The translations under genes were made by a program, and so were the position numbers. The notes under the pieces are model-generated. The model ran no database searches and was not told the origin of the DNA. It saw only the letters and a program-made list of their open reading frames with translations. A stretch of 64,000 nucleotides of DNA from an uncultured Burkholderiales bacterium. GTDB taxonomy: Bacteria; Pseudomonadota; Gammaproteobacteria; Burkholderiales; CAZDFJ01. The stretch lies in NCBI GenBank assembly GCA_964504875.1, contig CAZDFJ010000004.1, positions 23,870 to 87,869 on the forward strand. The letters run 5' to 3'. Shown piece after piece: positions 61,501-64,000 of this stretch (its first letter is position 1; each line of letters starts with the position of its first letter).

Positions 61501-62325
61501 TTAGCCTCCGAAAATCCGTTGCCAGAAGCCACCATTTGGTTGCGTGCGTTTATCTAAAAAACGCATTGGCCGTTCTTCACCTAAGAAGCGGGCGACGACA
61601 TCTGTATAAGCTGTTGCAACATCTTCTTTTTGATTATGAATCACCGGAATACCCGTGTTAGAAGCATGTAAAACGGCTTCAGATTCGGGGACAACGCCAA
61701 TCATAGGAATACCTAAAATATCTTTCATTTGTTCAACGCTCAGCATTTCACCATTACTGACGCGCTTTGGATCATAGCGCGTAATTAACAAATGTTCCTT
61801 AATGGGTTCTAAATCTTCGATGGCGCGTTTTGATTTGGCAGCAAGGAGACCTAACATCCGATCAGAATCACGGACAGAAGAGACTTCCGGATTGGTGACA
61901 ACCAGTGCCTCATCAGCATAATATAATGCCATGAGTGCCCCGTTTTCAATCCCCGCTGGAGAATCACAAATGATATATTCAAATCCTCCTGCTTTCAGAT
62001 CTTCCATGACAGTGCCGACACCTTCAACTGTGAGAGCATTTTTGTCGCGTGTTTGTGATGCGGGTAGAATAAATAAATTTTCTCCGCAGTTTTTATCTTT
62101 GATTAAGGCTTGTTGTACGGACGCTTCTTTATGGATCACATTCACAAAATCATATACAACACGACGCTCACATCCCATAATTAAATCAAGATTGCGTAAA
62201 CCCACATCAAAGTCAATTACGACGGTTTTATGTCCGCGCAATGCGAGTCCAGTAGCAAAATTTGCACTGGTTGTGGTTTTTCCAACGCCCCCCTTCCCAG
62301 AGGTAACAACTATTATTTTGGTCAA
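61501..62325 (-). CDS. minD: Septum site-determining ATPase
   Basis: The 274-aa product has the deviant Walker A VTSGKGGVGKTT and a C-terminal amphipathic helix. Confidence 0.95.
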   Translation of the reverse strand: MTKIIVVTSGKGGVGKTTTSANFATGLALRGHKTVVIDFDVGLRNLDLIMGCERRVVYDFVNVIHKEASVQQALIKDKNCGENLFILPASQTRDKNALTVEGVGTVMEDLKAGGFEYIICDSPAGIENGALMALYYADEALVVTNPEVSSVRDSDRMLGLLAAKSKRAIEDLEPIKEHLLITRYDPKRVSNGEMLSVEQMKDILGIPMIGVVPESEAVLHASNTGIPVIHNQKEDVATAYTDVVARFLGEERPMRFLDKRTQPNGGFWQRIFGG

Positions 62326-62840
62326 TTTCGTTATTCCTATTGGCTAGCAACAAAAATTACGTGATATTTCAATTTAATTAATTGAAGACTGTGACTTAAA
62401 AAAAAGCAAAGTAAGCCACTACTTGTATTGGCACAGAAATGTGCGCATGATATTTTTTAGTCTATTATTTATATTTTATATAGGTGGTAATAATTTTTAT
62501 ATTTATTATTTTTATATGAAAAGATGATTAAAATATACTAAAATATGCTGAATCTGCATTGATTCCATCACTTAAAAAATCTAAAATAATTTAGTAAGTA
62601 GATTTACTTTTGTTTTTATGAAATATTCTTGAATTTCTTTCATCTCATGTCATTTTAATTTTTCTTATTTTAGCATTAAATAAATGTGCTGCGCTATTTG
62701 ATTACTCGGAATCAATATAATTTTCGTTAGGATTGAATCAAGACAAAATAAGAGATTCCGCGAAAAATCATAAGATAAAGCTTTTTTCAGATTAAAATAA
62801 TCTTTTTATATTCATTCCTTTCTGAAGAGATTATTAAAAG

Positions 62841-64000
62841 ATGAGTCAAGAGAGTGCATTTCGCTATCAATATGAGATTGATCCACAAAGCGATTCAACG
62901 GCTGCCCGCATCTTGAAATTAGTTGGCCAAAATAAAAAAGTTTTGGAATTGGGTTGCGCTGCTGGCAGCATGACACGTGCCCTTACAAATTTGAATCATT
63001 GTGTTGTGACGGGAATTGAAATCGATGCGGAAAGTGCGGAACAAGCCCGTCCATTTTGCCAACATTTGATTATTGCGAATTTGGAATCCCTTGATTGGGA
63101 AAAAACATTTGAAACAGAAAAATATGATGTCATTATTGCGGCAGATGTTCTAGAACATTTAATGCATCCTGAAGCCTGTTTGGCAAAACTTCAAAAATTG
63201 TTAATGCCTGAAGGATATTTTGTCTTATCTTTGCCAAATGTCGGACATAATGGTGTAATTGCCGCGCTCTTAAATCAAACTTTTCCGTATAAAAAAACGG
63301 GGATTTTAGATGAAACCCATTTACGATTTTTTTCTAAACAAGATATTGAATCATTATTGAGTCAAGCAGGATTTTTAATTGAAACCTGTGAAGCTGTTAA
63401 AGCCAGAACCGAAGGGAGTGAATTTGTTCGCTATTGGTTGAATTTACCAGAAAAACAACGTCAATTAATCGATTTGCACTATGAAGGCGATGTTTATCAA
63501 TATGTGATTCGGGCTTATCCCGCCACTCAATTTGGTGAAAATTGTGTTTTAAAACAAAATCTGGCTACATTAGAAAGCCAAAATATTGAAAGTATTCAAC
63601 AAAAAGATTTTCAAAACAAAAGAAATCAAGAATTATTAGAAATTTTAAGATTATATCAAGATTATGTCAGTCAACTTGAATTAAGAATTACTTCTGTAGA
63701 AGCAAATTCAATTCATATTGGAAGGTTTAAGCAATCAATTTTAGGACGGATTCTTTTATTTTTTTGGAGAAAAATAAGAGCTTTCCGTCAACAAAATAAT
63801 AAAATTCAAATTCTAGATGCTTATAATATTTGGTTTTTTCAACATTATCTTTTTTCTCCAGAGGAAATGCACCGATTACGAAAAGCTAATTTTTTCTTAC
63901 CAGATTTACCGAAAATATCACTTTTGTATTTAATTGATAATATAATTCCTATATCTCAACTAAATAAATCATTAAACAGCATTATTACCCAAACTTATTT
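62841..64000 (+). CDS. Class I SAM-dependent methyltransferase fused to a coiled-coil and the start of a probable glycosyltransferase domain (partial, runs off the window)
   Basis: My own translation from the ATG at 62841 is open to the window end. It contains VLELGCAAGSMT (motif I) and DVIIAADVLEHL. A coiled-coil-like segment follows (NLATLESQNIESIQQKDFQNKRNQELLEILRLYQDYVSQLE). After that comes PKISLLYLIDN, which resembles the start of a GT2 fold. Confidence 0.6.
   Translation, partial: MSQESAFRYQYEIDPQSDSTAARILKLVGQNKKVLELGCAAGSMTRALTNLNHCVVTGIEIDAESAEQARPFCQHLIIANLESLDWEKTFETEKYDVIIAADVLEHLMHPEACLAKLQKLLMPEGYFVLSLPNVGHNGVIAALLNQTFPYKKTGILDETHLRFFSKQDIESLLSQAGFLIETCEAVKARTEGSEFVRYWLNLPEKQRQLIDLHYEGDVYQYVIRAYPATQFGENCVLKQNLATLESQNIESIQQKDFQNKRNQELLEILRLYQDYVSQLELRITSVEANSIHIGRFKQSILGRILLFFWRKIRAFRQQNNKIQILDAYNIWFFQHYLFSPEEMHRLRKANFFLPDLPKISLLYLIDNIIPISQLNKSLNSIITQTY

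Noticed and set aside
1-64000. CRISPR arrays, IS elements, transposases, toxin-antitoxin pairs and restriction or defence genes.
   Set aside because: I found no regularly spaced repeats and no ORF with transposase, integrase, nuclease or methylase-pair hallmarks.

Overview
This is a 64-kb chromosomal window from a low-GC Gram-negative bacterium, with coding regions roughly 38-42% GC by eye and extremely AT-rich intergenic spacers. Local synteny looks betaproteobacterial, which is inference only: ilvE next to a zf-CHCC gene, a PaaN-type aldehyde dehydrogenase, a DUF3579-like gene, aroQ-accB-accC, pdxA-rsmA and minDE. Most genes are housekeeping: hisC-hisB-purM-fabD, acpS, nagZ, lolB, pdxA, rsmA, ispF, coaBC, fur, accBC, aroQ, acs, gltX, ETF-QO, ppiD and minDE. 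Two ncRNA genes sit in tandem on the minus strand behind a near-consensus sigma70 promoter: tRNA-Ser(GGA) and 4.5S/SRP RNA. The non-housekeeping theme is signalling. It includes three Cache/HAMP chemoreceptors, a cheR-cheD-cheB adaptation module with no cheA/W/Y in the window, and a multi-PAS GGDEF protein. It also includes a dispersed partner-switching inventory. (i) Three divergent single-domain STAS genes lie in tandem at 3.5-5.1 kb, and the middle copy is split by a 13-nt poly-G tract, a candidate phase-variation switch that is currently OFF. (ii) An orphan RsbT-like switch kinase appears co-transcribed with an exported protein and a membrane M48 protease. (iii) A canonical STAS gene and a REC-PP2C-HATPase (CrsR-like) gene sit directly after cheB, separated by unusually long AT-rich spacers. 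I saw no transposases, integrases, CRISPR arrays, rRNA or obvious prophage or defence genes. All product calls rest on motif and architecture recognition from the supplied translations. No database search was possible.
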